Shown here piece after piece: positions 24,012 to 37,581 of a stretch of DNA of 64,000 nucleotides (positions are counted from its first letter, which is position 1; the number at the start of each line of letters is the position of its first letter). The stretch lies in NCBI RefSeq assembly GCF_964188315.1, contig NC_135656.1:32240001-32304000 (forward strand), read 5' to 3'. The translations under genes and the position numbers were made by a program. Origin of the DNA: Podarcis muralis (lineage: Eukaryota). The notes under the pieces were generated by a model. It had not been told where the DNA came from and made no database searches. It worked only from the letters and a program-made list of their open reading frames with translations.

Positions 24012-25481
24012 CAAGCACTTATCTTATTGAGGGAACAGTCAGATTAGGGGGAATCCAAGTCTGTTATGGTTCTGTTACTGAATAAAAATAATCACTCATG
24101 GGTAATGACTAAGCCTAAATCCTGAATCATTGCTCACCTTTCCAGTCCCCTGGTATGTGGAGGCTATATAAAATGGAACCTTCCCAAGATAACTTTCTTG
24201 TGTTTGTTTCACACACTACAGGGAGGCAAATCTAAGGTTGCCATTGCATGTACACTCAACTAGAAGCTGTAACCAGTCCTGGATCCCCAAATAAGTGTGC
24301 CCATAGCTGCTCAAGACACCTCTTTGCAAGTATGTGTGTGTCATGCTTTATGTTTTTAGGACCACATTTGAAACAAAAACATTTGAAATAGCTGGAAAGA
24401 AAATGTCATGGACAAAGCAGCCTTGCATGTCATCAGATTTCAAAAGTGCATTGTCCGTCCCCGTCCCCCACCCCCCTTTTTTTGGTACATTTGCAACTGA
24501 AATGTAGTGGGGTAGAAGCTTTTGTACAGTGATACCCATTAGCAGGGCCAGGCTAATACATTTTCCTGCCTGAGGCAAAGAACAAGATGGTTCCCCTCAT
24601 TCTTTGAACAGGCAGTACTTTGGCACTGGTGATGGGAAAGTATTCTTCACTGCTCTTGAGGGCAGCAGGAAAGCGAAGTGGGGATGTGTAGGCCATGTGG
24701 GACACACAGCTCTGTCCATGACCAGAGAAGAATGTCTACAGGGGCTCAGGAGGAAAGGCTGGGTGGCTGCCACTCCTGCCCACCAGCAGCTGCCACTTGA
24801 GGTGTTTGCCTCACTCAGTCTAACAGTAGAGCCGTCCCTGCCCATGAAAGCCATATTTTTTAAGGAGTTGCACACATACAATAGATACTGCTGTCCGATA
24901 CAAACTGTACAGCAGTTCCATAGTTAGCTGTTTCTCTCAGAACCTCTGTTCAGGAAACTGTAATTCTCCCCACAACCTTTTTATGTAGACTCAAATATAT
25001 TCTACATTATTTGGATGAACTATATTGTGCTATAGCAGATTTTTTTAAAAAACAAAACAAAAATCAGAGCCCATTAATTTAGATTTACTGTTTCTGCAGT
25101 CCAGTTCTCTCATTCATTTTCCACCTATTTATGAACCCCATTTTGATGGGCGTGCCAATTTTTCACTCTGCTGGAGTGAAATTAATGATTTAAGTGTGTC
25201 TAACTCCCCAATTTTTCACAATAGTGGAGGTTGAGTTACACTGTTCTGTAAGTGTTACGCATTGGGACTGCCTTACTCTACAAGGCAGATTGAAATCTTA
25301 TAAATTAACCAAAAGTTGGTTGTGTACATTTGTAGATGTATGATTCACATGCAGAGGAGAAAAGGAATGACCAGACTAGATTTTGGAAAAGTATATTGGC
25401 AGCTCACTCTGCACAGTTGTTTTCTTACATGATTCCAAATCCAGTGTAATTTATTTTACCTCTGCCTGAAAACACCTTATG

Positions 25482-25655
25482 GGTGGAATTCAACATAGCA
25501 CAAAGTTGGGGTATGCATGCAGAGAACGAGGTCTGCTTGCACAACAGGACTTCCCCCTCTGTCCTCCCTCTATGTGACCCCTAAATCTGGGGGGAGGACA
25601 GGGGAGGAAGTTCCATTGCACAAGCAGACCTTGTTCCATACAAGCAGCAACTTAG
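25482..25655. mobile_element. Degenerate palindromic MITE-like repeat (GGGTGGAATTCA family)
   Basis: Inverted internal arms GAGGTCTGCTTGCACAA / TTGCACAAGCAGACCTT. Related start GGGTAGAATTCA at about 7985. Confidence 0.45.
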
Positions 25656-25725
25656 CTTAATCCCATCCCAAATCCATATAATTTATCTGTGAATTTACCT
25701 CTCAGGTACTAAAAAAATAATAATA

Positions 25726-25985
25726 CAGTGGATGCTCAGGTTGTGAATGTGATCCATGTGGGATGCATGTTCGCAACCTGCAGCATTCACAACCCGCAGC
25801 AGCACGTCTGCGCATGCGCGGGTTGTGATTCTGCGATTCTGCGCATGTGCAAAGCACGATTTAGTGCTTCTGCACATGCGTGACCGCCGAAACCCAGAAG
25901 TAACCCATTCTAGTACTTCCGGGTTTCCGCGGGTCCGAACCTGAAAAAATGCAACCTGAAGCATCTGTAACCGGAGGTATGACTC
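25726..25985. mobile_element. Tc1/mariner MITE, family B
   Basis: TA|CAGTGGATGCTCAGGTTG ... GTAACCGGAGGTATGACTC|TA. Right end shares GCAACCTGAAGCATCTGTAACC with family A. Confidence 0.75.
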
Positions 25986-26140
25986 TACCTGTGTTTATAT
26001 GTGAGAATTCCAATGTAATGTTTCCTAGTAATAACTTTATACTCAGTCAGAAAATTGGTCCATTGACCTCAATATCTTGAAGCAGCTCTGCATTATTTCA
26101 GACAAGTCTTTCCCAACCCTACCTGGAAATGTGATTACCG

Positions 26141-26345
26141 TAAGTGTGATATAGTGGTTAGAATGTTGGACTAGGGCCTTGGAGACCAGGGTTCGAATCC
26201 CCATTCATCTATGAAGCTCATTGAGTGAAATTGGACTAGTCAACTGCTCTCAGCTTAACATACCTCACAGACTTGTTGAAAGGATGTGGGAGACCCATAT
26301 ATGCTACCTTGAGCTCCTTGGAGGAAAGGTGGGATATAAATGTAA
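26141..26345 (+). mobile_element. Squam3/MIR-like SINE
   Basis: A box GTGTGATATAGTGGTTAG, B box GGTTCGAATCCCC, CORE-like CTCTCAGC...ACCTCACAG, tail TTGAGCTCCTTGGAGGAAAGGTGGGATATAAAT. Confidence 0.75.
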
Positions 26346-28544
26346 TAATGAATAATATAAAAGAAACGAAGGACATTTTGTTTGCAAAGCATGTGTTCTA
26401 ACCTCTGAGCTTCAACCTTTCCCCTAGTATGTAATCGGGAGCATTTTTAGATCCTGAGCATAAGAACTTGTTCACACTCTGGGTGGAACTTTCAAGAAGA
26501 GCTCCTTGAGTTGTGCTTCAGTGGAGGATCTTCAAAGTTGTTCCAAATGTTATCAGGCAGCGGGAAGTGCTGCTTTTAGAAGCCTTGTGTTGTGTATGGA
26601 GCATTGCACACCATAATTAGAGCCAAGGCTCTTTGTGGTCAAGTTGATATTCCAAATTATTCTGCATGTGTTTTTCAGGTTTACTTGCCATCATTTTTGT
26701 GGAATGCTATGAGCAGAAAATGTTGGACACATACATTCATTGTTTTAGTGAGAGTGAAATCTGGAGTGCTTCACACATATTTGAAAACATATTTCTGGAC
26801 TGCTGCTCACTTTGTGATTCAATTTAGAGTTCCAAATCCGTTATAGCTTTTGGCTTTGCTGGCCCACAGTACTCTCAACAACACAAATGCTGAACTACAA
26901 GCTGCAACTCCTTATGCAAATGAATTTTGCTTTCAGCCTCCAGATCTAAAACTGATTGCCATATTTTCTGTCAGAAAGAAATTTTCACCTAGGTCCGGTT
27001 TGCCTTTCCTCATATAAATCAGGACCTGATTTAGGCTGGTGATCATGATGGGTCTGGAGGATCCTGATCTAAAGCAGGGAATTGGACCAGATAGACTTCA
27101 CGATTGACATAATACTACACTTCTATAATTTGAGACTCCTATAATTAGTGAGGCCCAGCATTTTATAACCTTACAAACGAGTTTGGAATTTAAGAAGTTC
27201 TGCTCACTACTGAGTGGCAAATGTGGAAACTAAAATTAGGCAGATGTGATATATGGCACCAAATACATCACAAACAGGCTGCTAATGGGTTCCTTTAATT
27301 TAATGGCTTTAGCAATCTATTCTGACATCTGAGCTCCTATATGATAGTCCAGAAAGCACCAGGACAAGAAGTGGCTACATCCTTGGGGGCCCATCTGCTT
27401 TTCCATTCTCATTTACAGGACAAGCAATGGTGCATACAGTCAAACCATGCAGAGATGTGCTATCAGTTTGGTTCACCCCATTTGAGGGCAAGTGATCCTG
27501 CTCCAATAACCTGGTACAATTTGTTATGTGGTCATGAATCTCCGAAAGCTGAAGTTCCCACATTGTAGGTGCAGAACCTATGTCTGTCTTTGCAGATTGT
27601 GAACCTATTGCACTTATCGGTGGGAGTTGGAGTCCAACAACACAGATCCCCCACCCCTGGAGCTGAGCTTAATCCAATTAAGTTTGCACTGCTGCCTCTT
27701 CCTGCACTTGATACTAGGATTGTGACTAAATGCAGACTTTGTGGCTGCAGCATCAAGCCAGGTTTTCCACATACCTCACATACTTTGCTTAACATCCAAT
27801 GTGATGAAAAGTTCTGGAGAACTCAAAAGCTTGCTCCTTCTTTTGTGACATTTTCGTTGATACTAATAGATATATTGCCACCTAAAACTTTAGGCATTTT
27901 CCCAGTGGACCAACATGGCTTCCTTTGCTTTTTGTGCAGCCAGGAGTGAGCAACATAATTTAAAAAAAAAAAATTACAAAGCTTTAAGGATGCTGTGGCA
28001 GCTCCATGTGACATCATTGGTTTATTCCTATCACATTCTTCCTAGCTGCTTACACACTTTAAAAGCTTAAAGACGTATCATATGATTTGTGCCACAAATA
28101 CATAGCCACAAGTTAGGATTCTACTCAGATATATTTAGTTCTGTAAAGAGATTCTACCAGCACCCTTAACTGGCCCCTAGTTCCATACAGACTTTTTGAC
28201 ATGGCAAGGACAATTCTGCAGTACTGTCTGAAGCAACAGTTTCCCCCAGGAATGAGTTACCATTCGTCAGTGGTCTAAGATTAAGGGCGTTGGGAGTCCC
28301 ATAATGTCTCTGGAGGGTCACAGGTTAGCCCTCCTGTACCCCTGAATAAATCAAGGATAACAGGTTAAATATCTGTGTGAATTCTGGGATGATTTCCACT
28401 TCAGGGAATGGCAACCAATAAGTGGATCCCAAACGAAGGCATTAGTGAGTGCCCAGCAAAAAGAATAGGAACCAGTGTTCTAGAACACTTTCTAATTACA
28501 GAAGTCCCTGCCTGCTTTTAAGTTTGCCAAGCACCAGCAATATA

Positions 28545-28819
28545 CTGTATTTTTTCATGTATAAGATGATGCTTTTTGCTAAAAAAAAAAAAAAAGTCAA
28601 AAATTGGGCAGTCGTCTTATACATGGATAGTGAATGCACAGGGGTTTGGGCTCTGACTCTGGCGTGGGCAGCCAGGCTCAGGTTTGGGCTTGGGCTCTTG
28701 AAATATGGCAACCCTAACACTGGCAACCCTATTTTAAAATATTGATTTCTTAATTTTGGGTTCAAAAAAAATAGGAGTCGTCTTATACATGGGGGTTTCC
28801 TATACACGGAAAAATACGA
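28545..28819. mobile_element. Tc1/mariner (pogo/Tc2-type) MITE, family C
   Basis: TA|CTGTATTTTTTCATGTATAAG ... CTATACACGGAAAAATACGA|TA. Subterminal GTCGTCTTATACATGG occurs twice. Confidence 0.78.
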
Positions 28820-31800
28820 TATTATGTCCTCTACCCCTGCCAGCTTTGTCCCCTGTTGTTGCTAGTGAACAACAGAAAGGGGGTGACAGTGGTTCTCCTT
28901 ACACCCCACCACCTCCACACAGCGTGTGGTGGGTGGGACTCACCTGTTCTAACATGCCTATTTAACTATTTGTTGCCTTTCCTTTGCAGGAGAAAAGCCC
29001 TCTGATAGAGTGTCTGGCTCTTCTGCTCTCAGTATCAAAGGGGTTAAAACATCATGATGAATCACAAATGGGAGGGGGCAGGAAGGTGGGGAGGAGGAAA
29101 TGCTGGCTTTGGAATTCTGTCTGGAGCCACTACCTATGCTTGACATCAGTATACTTGGGGTCAAGCTATGGCTGTTCTATTTTGAGCCCTGGAATGCCAG
29201 GACTGCTGGGCATTCTGTCTGCAGCAGTCATTAGAACCATGTGAGTTTTCTGTCGCTAGGCATAATGCCTGCTGCATGGGCTTAGATGCTCAAGATGGTA
29301 CATCTGTGCTGTAGTATTAGTGCAGCATAATAACATCTCTTTGCTAGCGTTGTGCTTGGGGTGGGGTGATCTTTCTGTTCTCCCCGCCACACGCACATAC
29401 ACCGGTCTCTTCTGCAGTTTATTTTCAGCTTCCTTGTTCTTTTGCCCTAAGCTTCTCTTTGCACCAGGTGGTCAAGCAGCTGGTGAAATATTTTTATATC
29501 TCTATAAAGTGAAATGAGATTGGGAAAAGGGGTGTGAGTGAGTGTGGCAGTAGTGAATGAGCAGCTGAATGCATGGTAGTGGAACAGATTGCTCAAAAGC
29601 AGTTGACTCTCAGACCTCATATTCAAGGCATACAATTGGCAGCTATTCAGAATTGCAGAACAGGTTGCGCTGCAGAGTTCCGCAATTGGAATAAATTATT
29701 ATGAACTGGGCCCACTTGCTTGAGTGCATCCCACCCCAGAGGAAGCATTGGAGCAAAGGTCAAGCATGTTTTCTCTGGTTTGATGTTTGCTCCAATTTAT
29801 CACTGAAGAGCGGATTCCCCCTTGGGAAAATAGTGGGGCAAGGGCAAAACCACTCAGACCCATGCTTCCTAGGCATGGGGCAAGTAGAAGTGTGGACCAG
29901 CCCTTGTTACCAAGGAAGTAATCCAAACTCCCACTTTGGGGCTTTGTTAGTGCCTGTCTCACCTGAGAAGACCATACCTGTTGGTGCCAGCAAAAGCCTG
30001 CATGTCTGAAGGCCAGGCCAGTGATAAACAATAGCAGTGCATGTGGATGGCTGGAGCTGTCCTCTGCCCAGTGGAGTCCTTCTGCTTATCTGGATGAGGT
30101 GGGGCGCCAGTGCTCTTATTAGTGCAATCGCACAGTCCCAGCTTTACTGCTGCCCCACCCTGTTCAGGTAGCAGCATTATTACGGTGGGGAGGGGGTGTC
30201 ACCTGTGTCCTATGGTCCAAGGCCCCCAAAGCTGTCCATTCCCATGAGAAAAGGAATTGAGGCTAAATTGCAGGTCCTGCTTATGGGTGTTTATGCAGAC
30301 TCCCCCCCCCCCCTTTGCATCTATGCATGTTGTACAGACGCTCTTAGATTTTGTGAGATTCGCTGGAGCCAGTGAGTAGGCAGTGTTAAAACAGAGCAAG
30401 CAACATACCCTATGTGAGATGCTCTCTCAAAAGAGTCCCATAGTTCCTGGCATTTCCTGTGCATTGTCAGGAGGAACCAAATGGATGTGGTTGCTGACTG
30501 GCAGCAAGAAGAAATGTTAATCATCATCACCATCATCATCAGAATCAGAGACATTGAGGTACCAGGGACAGAGGGAGCTAGTACTGGCAGGATTTATAGG
30601 CCTTAAAACATGCAAGTTAGGCCTCAGGCCTATTCAGAGCTCAGGGAAGAATGTAGAGTAGATTATAGGGATACAACAGGGGCACTACAGGGAACAGCAT
30701 CTGAAGGGTTTTTGTTGCTCATTTATAATTAGTATACATGCATCATTACTATACTACCATGTCTGGCAATAAGTATAAATTAAGCTGAAAAGTCATGTAA
30801 GCAAATACTATTTCTTGCCCATTTATAAATCCAGTCAACAGCTTTGTTGTGTCACATACAACTGCAGGGCACTGCACAGCCCTAGCAATATGCCATGTGT
30901 TGCTCCCAAGGCTTCTAGGACCTTCTGCCATGCTTCTTCCAGGGTTGCTGATGTGGCCACGGTGGCACCGTGCAGTACTGTGTTATGGTCTTTGTGGCAC
31001 CTGTTCTGTCTGCCAGGTATTTTCAAGGATGTTTGTATATGACTTACATTTTTAAGAGCTATGGTTTATAACACTGAGATTTGGTAGTTTATATGTGACC
31101 GCTGATGGAAACTGCTCTCTATTGTACGTGTGAATACTTCTCACCAATGTTGTTGTGAGCAACTGAAAACCTCGTTCATGAGATGAGTAAAACTAAATTC
31201 TTGGTTACATGTTTGGTACACAGCTGGGGGGGGGGTATAATCTGAGCTTCAGTACTTAGGAACAGCATAGAAAATTGCTGGACAGTAAAATCCGCATGTG
31301 TCATATACTGCTAGCAAGTAGGAAATGTTGAATCCTCTCCAGATTTACCGGTAAATGGTTATTCTAAAAAGAAGGTTGCTTGTATAAGCTGTTGGAAAAT
31401 GTTAATTGGCAAGGAAAAATTATGTTAAGTAAAGTACTCTGGGGGCCATTCAGAACCATAAAATAAGATAAGGGAAACAGTGAGTGTTGATGTACCACAT
31501 TCTTTAAAGGCCACTTAACCAGGCTTGTCAGTGACTTCCTATGTGCTAATTATAGCATGGAAATACATTCAGGCCGGCATATGACATATGCAATTACCTT
31601 GGGAATTTGGCAGAGATTTAACCTAGAAACAAATCTCCAAACAATTAATACAGGATACTTAGAATGGTGATGGATGGAACCCATGATCGATGGGAAAAGC
31701 AGATGGAACAACAGTCACAGGAGGAGGAGGAGGAGGGAGAGATGAGAGAAGAGCCTAAAATCTTGTTGGAATGTGAAGAGAGTGTAGCTGACAGTAACAT

Positions 31801-32447
31801 GAAAGAGCCAGGAAAACAGGCTGACGTGTACAACACTGATGATCTCTCTAGTACAGTATGTTCTAGTCACACTGAAGGGAAAGGGAAGCCTGGTCACAAT
31901 TTTAAACACGAAATCCTTTCTTCAGTTTCAAGGGCAGGGTTGGCTTCCCTTCCCTCCTCCCTCCTTTCAACTCCACCTCCCTTTTTTAAATCAACCGTGA
32001 TGCTGTGGACTGATCGTATTAAATTTAGTGCCATATTTTTATGACCCAACTGTGCACTTTGCTGCTGGCTGTTGTTATAAATAGTAAAATTGCTCTTGCC
32101 TAATGGTGCAGAAGGCAACTTGTTCCTTCAGTGGGTTCTGAAAGCTCGGAGTAGTTCTCATTGCATCAACAACATCCTTATAGTTGGTTTTCAACATCTC
32201 GTTTGGCTTTCTTAGGTAACAGAGGAAGTGGCTGAGATTATCAATCCATCTAGCTCAGTATTGCCTACTCTGCTTGGCAGGTGGCCCTCCGAGGTCTCCC
32301 CCTTCACTTGATCCCGAAAGGGCTTCCAGATTGTCCCTATTGCACAAGTTGGATTAAATCTCAAACCAGTAAATTCAGTTTGTGCAATTGAAATGGATTT
32401 GGTGGTCTTGCAGAACAAACCCACTTCCCCCAAATATTTACTGTTAT

Positions 32448-32805
32448 GGGACATGGGTGGTGCTGTGGGTTAAACCACTGAGCCTAGGATTTGCCGATCA
32501 GAAGTTTGGTGGTTCGAATCCCCGCGACGGGGTGAGCTCCCGTTGCTCGGTCCCTGCTCCTGCCAACCTAGCAGTTTGAAAGCACGTCAAAGTGCAAGTA
32601 GATAAATAGGTACCATTCCAGCAGGAAGGTAAACGGGGTTTCCGTGTGCTGCTCTGGTTTGCCAGAAGCATCTTAGTCATGCTGGCCACATGACCCGGAA
32701 GCTTTACACAGGCTCCCTCAGCCAATAAAGCGAGATGAGCGCCGCAACCCCAGAGTCGGTCATGAATGAACCTAATGGTCAGGGGTCCCTTTACCTTTAC
32801 CTTTA
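32448..32805 (+). mobile_element. Sauria SINE, older subfamily, full length
   Basis: Head GGGACATGGGTGGTGCTGTGGGTTAAACC, B box GGTTCGAATCCCC, tail CCCTTTACCTTTACCTTT. Confidence 0.92.
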
Positions 32806-32975
32806 AAGTAACAGCAAAATGCATTGGGATAAAATGCTTGATGCAATGTTGTATTAATTATCCAGAAACCAGAACAGAATGAATGCTTAATAAACAGGTT
32901 GTCTGGAAATAACCTGAGATCCCCCTTTAACAGGAATTATTAAGGGCTGCACTTGACATATTCTGCAGACAAAGA

Positions 32976-33090
32976 GTGTAACCAACTAAGCCCTATTCAG
33001 AGTAGACCCATTTAAGTTAATGGGCCTAACTTAATCATGTTCATTAACTTCAATCTGTCTACTCTGAGTAGGACTAGCATTGACTACAAC
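32976..33090. repeat. Palindromic family P1 copy
   Basis: CAGAGTAGACCCATTTAAGTTAATG / CATTAACTTCAATCTGTCTACTCTG. Confidence 0.7.
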
Positions 33091-33902
33091 TCAAAGCATG
33101 TGCTCTACCACTGAGCTATAGCTACTTATGGAGAGTATTGCAATGTTTCTTAGCTCATATAGGCTAACAGACCAATATAGGCAAGTGTTTGGACAGTGCA
33201 ATGGAATATGTTCAGTCTGAAGAAGAAAGAAGTGCTGAGGCTTGCTGCACCTCTGGGTATATGCTCACAGTTATGTTCAACTTGTTGCTCAAATATTTTG
33301 AATACAGCAAAGGTCACCAATGATCTTCCAAAGGAAGCAAAAACTCAGACAATGCCCTTGAAACTTTTAACCACTCTGGGATGTGAGGAACACATTACAA
33401 TATAAAAGGAGCATAAGTCCACAAAAACAGAGCCGTATGAAACCTTGCACAGCTTCCTTCACTTTAAAGTTTTAACTTGTTGAATGTTCTTTTTGAGTGT
33501 TCAAAGCACTTCACAGACATTCTCGGTAGTACTTAAAAGAAGTACTTATGGTAAATCAATATGGTTATCTCCCCCAAATTGCAGAAGCTGGGGGAACAGT
33601 GGCTTGTCTGAGGCCACCTGCTGGTGAGAGAAGCAGATTAAAGTCTGTGGGGAGGAAGCAGATTAACGCCAGTGTTTGTGACGACTTTCCTGCGCTCTCA
33701 GAGGTTGGTTAGTGGCTTTCCTGTTGGAATGTGACATTTAATGCTGTTTTAAACGATACTTTTAAGTCTGGTTTTTATTGTACAACACTTGTAGTATGTA
33801 GATAGAAAATAATTTTATAAATACAGTGATAATACTAATAACTATATTATTATTGACCCTGCCCTATTTGGGCTGTAGCTCTCCCTGCTCCTAGTCCTCT
33901 AT

Positions 33903-33903
<1 letters not shown>

Positions 33904-33947
<44 letters not shown>
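33904..33947. repeat. (ATT)n microsatellite
   Basis: Directly visible. Confidence 0.95.
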
Positions 33948-33950
<3 letters not shown>

Positions 33951-34186
33951 TACTTACTTATAAGACACATAACATTTTGTTAAATGCTGTAGAGTCACAA
34001 AACTAAGACTAATAGATGGTCTTGTTACAGATCACAAAAATGGCTTTGGAGCACCCTAACATAAAATCTTCCAAGGTTGATTTGTATCATGTGTAAGCTC
34101 AACAATGTGAACTGAGATGTGACTGTGTGGGCAGTTAAGTTATTCGGCAACATTGGCCTAGGGTGTTCCAGAGATGACATTCGTAC

Positions 34187-34327
34187 CTGGCATCGTTGCT
34201 TCACTTAGTGAAGTCAAACGCCAGTTCAGGCGCATTTCTAGAAGTAGGAAGACTTTGTCTGTGATTGCATTGGATACCCACGACTTCCAAAAAGCTTCCC
34301 TTCTCCCCATCCTGGAGAGTGGAGATC
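34187..34327 (-). CDS. Candidate coding exon (141 nt, phase 1-1) of an unidentified gene: SPLSRMGRREAFWKSWVSNAITDKVFLLLEMRLNWRLTSLSEATMP
   Basis: Strong acceptor CACTTCCTTTTTTTCTTTACAG and donor CAG|GTACGA. Length is divisible by 3 and only one frame is open. ATG at 34310 is in AGGATGG context. Locally CpG-retaining and not repeat-like. Protein not recognised. Confidence 0.42.
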
Positions 34328-36335
34328 CTGTAAAGAAAAAAAGGAAGTGGATCTCTGCAGACCTCTGCTAGCCTTTTAGTTTTATTTTTTTCTGCGTTCA
34401 CTACATGTCATTCCCACATGATTTTAAGACAGATTTCTAGTGCTATGAGAATGTGCAGTTTCTTCCAACATGTCAGACTGCTAGCAGGCTTCATATTAGC
34501 TTCCTAGGGCTCAGTTTCCCTGTTTCAGGGAATCTTGTTCTAAGGCAAGATTCTTCAGTTGTGCCCCTGCTTTGCTGTAGCTATCAGAACTAGCCTTATT
34601 TTGCATGTTGCTTTATAGAGAGGCATATGATGTTCATGTCAGGGCTTGCTATAAAGTCAGCTGTGGCTTCTTGGATTACATAGGATGATATATAAAGTCC
34701 ACAAACGTATTCCCTCATCGTTACCATCTCCAACAGCTGCACTAGGTCTCACTGAGGAGCATGCATGACACAACACACAGATCAAGATGGCAGAACAGAT
34801 TATGGAAACATTTGTTATTTTCAACTACGTAGAGAGTAATGAGACTGAACAGCTTTGCAAAGAGCTCCAGCTATTATTACAAGTGTTCCAACAGGAATGC
34901 TGCCCTGGTTATAGGTTAGCCTTTTGATTATGGACTTTTTAAGAATGTTTATTCTTTAAATTTAAGGGGTAGCATTGAATAATGGAGAGTAATTAATGGG
35001 TATCTCAATCTATGTGAATGTTTAATGAAGAAAAGATAGTATTAAATTAAAAATACAAATTATTACCTGAAAAGGAATCTAATACACTCTGCCTGAATTT
35101 AAAAAATGCACATCTGGGGTTGTGGGGAAACTGTTCTCTGTAAGACCAGCATCAAATATCTGCAAAGCTGGAAATCTGCAAGCTCCCATATACCAAAAGT
35201 GGGGCCCCTGCAGACCCCAAATATTTTTTTAAGTATGCATGCATGGAAACTATGGTGAAGAGAGGAGTCTGGTTCCATCTGGGTATTTGGTGGTCTCAGC
35301 CCCACATAGTTTGAATAGCTGGCAGGCTGCTTTCAAGACTGGGTGGTTTCTCCGAGTCTCCTGGTGGCAGGACTTGCAGAGCCAAGCCAACAACTGCAAC
35401 AGCTCCTGGCTTAATTCCGCCTGGGGACCGCTGTGGAGATCAGGAGAACCTGAACCCTAAGCCTATCCTTCATGCTAGGATCTTATTGCTCTTGATAATG
35501 GCCATTGTGACATGCAGGGCAGGACATGCAGACAAGCTTAGGTAGAGACTCCTACAACCCAGCAGCTCCAAGAGCAGCCTCTCTGCTCATTTTCCCACGG
35601 GAGCAATATTATGCAGGAGCCTCAGGTCAGGCTGTGTGTGTGTGTGTGCACACGCACTTGCATGTGTGTATGAAAAAGAGAGAGAGAGATTGAGACAGAG
35701 AGTAAGATTTGAAGGAGCACTGCAAGAACTGCAAAAGCTTGGCAGCACTGCCAGTCCTAGCCCTCTGTAATTAATGCTTGTTTATTTAATTTGCCATATT
35801 TAGTAACCACACTTTCAGTTATTGAGGCAACTCAAAAGGCGGTCATGCTTGCATGTTGTGAAAGTCCTTACAGGTATTCGACATGAAGGCTGACTCTAGA
35901 TTCTGATGCCATGAAAGACACTCGGTTATTTTGATGCATTTTGGAAACCTGGTATATGCACAGCGGTTCTTACTGCCCATTCTGTGTGTATGGGGTGTTC
36001 AAGTGTGGCTCTAAGGCAAGGGTGGGCAGACTTCAGGACTGCGGGATCCACTTTGTTCTTTACTAGAACCATGAGATCCACCAGATGGTAACTGGTGCAA
36101 AGACATACATTTACAAATAGAGAATCCTCAGCCTAAGAATGTTGTTTTGAGTATTGGAACACATGATTTCCCTCCCCCAACCCCACTTTCATTGGGCAAT
36201 ATAATGTAAAAGGGGACTTTTGCTGCTATTGTTGGTGAGCAATTGGGAATCCAAAATCCTTGCCGATATACTTAAAATCAGCAAGAGATCTTCCTTCAGA
36301 TCCCAGTCTACCTTCTGCCCTCCCCTGTTTTAAGC

Positions 36336-36520
36336 CAGTGCTTCTCAGTTTATCTGATGTGGTGGACCAGCATTCCCACCCCTAATGTGCCAGGGACCAA
36401 TACCATATTTGTCCCTAAAGTGTTTCACCTGATCTGGGCTGTGTGGGACCTACTGTGGACCAGCAGGCGATGGCTTGTAGACCAGCACAGTTCCATGGAC
36501 CACCACTTTTAGTAGCACTG
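36336..36520. mobile_element. hAT MITE (185 bp)
   Basis: TIR CAGTGCTTCT / AGTAGCACTG. TSD TTTTAAGC / TTCTAAGC (7/8). Confidence 0.75.
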
Positions 36521-37581
36521 TTCTAAGCCACAGAACATTCCTGATGATATGATACCAGTCTACTAAAATTACCAGTTATTTTTCCTGGAGAATAAACTGA
36601 AAAGGGAGAGCTCTATTGGCTGAAATCCATTTAAAATTAGTGGTGATGTTACACAGTGAGAATCAATTAAGTACAGTTGTTCCATTTGTTTCAGTGATTC
36701 TTTATCCAGCAATAAATGTGAAGCTGTTGTCTGTAACAGAACAGACTTCTTCCTGTTTGCTTGGAAGTCCCATTTTGTCAAAAAGAGCTTACTTTCCCTA
36801 GTATGTGTGTTTAGTTAGGACTGAAGCCCAAGGGTTAATGTTCACAACCAGCATCTACCTGTTGCTGGCAGTACCACTTTATCCTTTAGGTAAGGCTCAG
36901 ATGTTCAAATGACAAATAACCCTCTCTGCACTTACAATGACCACACACTGAGAGGGGCTGTTGTAATTGTTAGAGCCCTGCTGTTGAGAGAAATTCGCCT
37001 CTGATCAGCGGCTTCAGCCTTTCCCTTCCTCAGCGCTGCCCACTCTACTACTGAGTGGTACAGCCAACAGGCTTTCCTGTCAATAGGAAGGAAGGGAAGA
37101 CACCGACCTACCAAAATGAAACGTAACTTATTTTCTGCAGTAAGCCTGTTAATGTTAAAATAGGCATATGTACAGGGGAGAAGGAATTTATCTTTGCTTG
37201 TATGTTGATTATGCGGAAAGTCAGTTGGTGTTAGAGCTAGATCTTGGAGACAGGGGCAGGTGGGCTGAGACACAATGCCTGTACATTGGGATGTTGGGAT
37301 AGGGGAATCTGGGATAGGGGATAGGTGTCTGGGTGTGTGTATTTGTACCCCAGAGTAATTGGGTATTATTCTTTTTTTAGGCGTATATAATTAGGAGTTC
37401 TGGTTCTGGCAATTTACATTGGCAGAGTTGCGGCAAGTCTGGGGGGGGGAAAATATTCTTCACACCTTTTAAAAAAGTTTAGGAATATATTACCTGCTGA
37501 TATATTTATTCTCAACGAATGTGTAGTGTGTGATAAACGGGAGGATTTGCATACTGAACCATTAAAAGGTCTGCTTCATTA

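Noticed and set aside
29699-30177. Three overlapping ORFs of 72-110 aa
   Set aside because: Locally higher GC explains the scarcity of stops; no domain similarity or splice context.
31664-32044. Glu-rich 126-aa ORF (+)
   Set aside because: The acidic stretch comes from a (GAG)n microsatellite in purine-rich sequence, and the upstream acceptor lacks a pyrimidine tract.
33210-33240. CTGAAGA...GAAA hammerhead-like motif
   Set aside because: No stem II between the boxes and no flanking stems.
36932-37273. 113-aa ORF (-) with TCPC...KFLLP motif
   Set aside because: At most a badly decayed LINE ORF2 C-terminus. The similarity is too weak to call and it is not a host gene.
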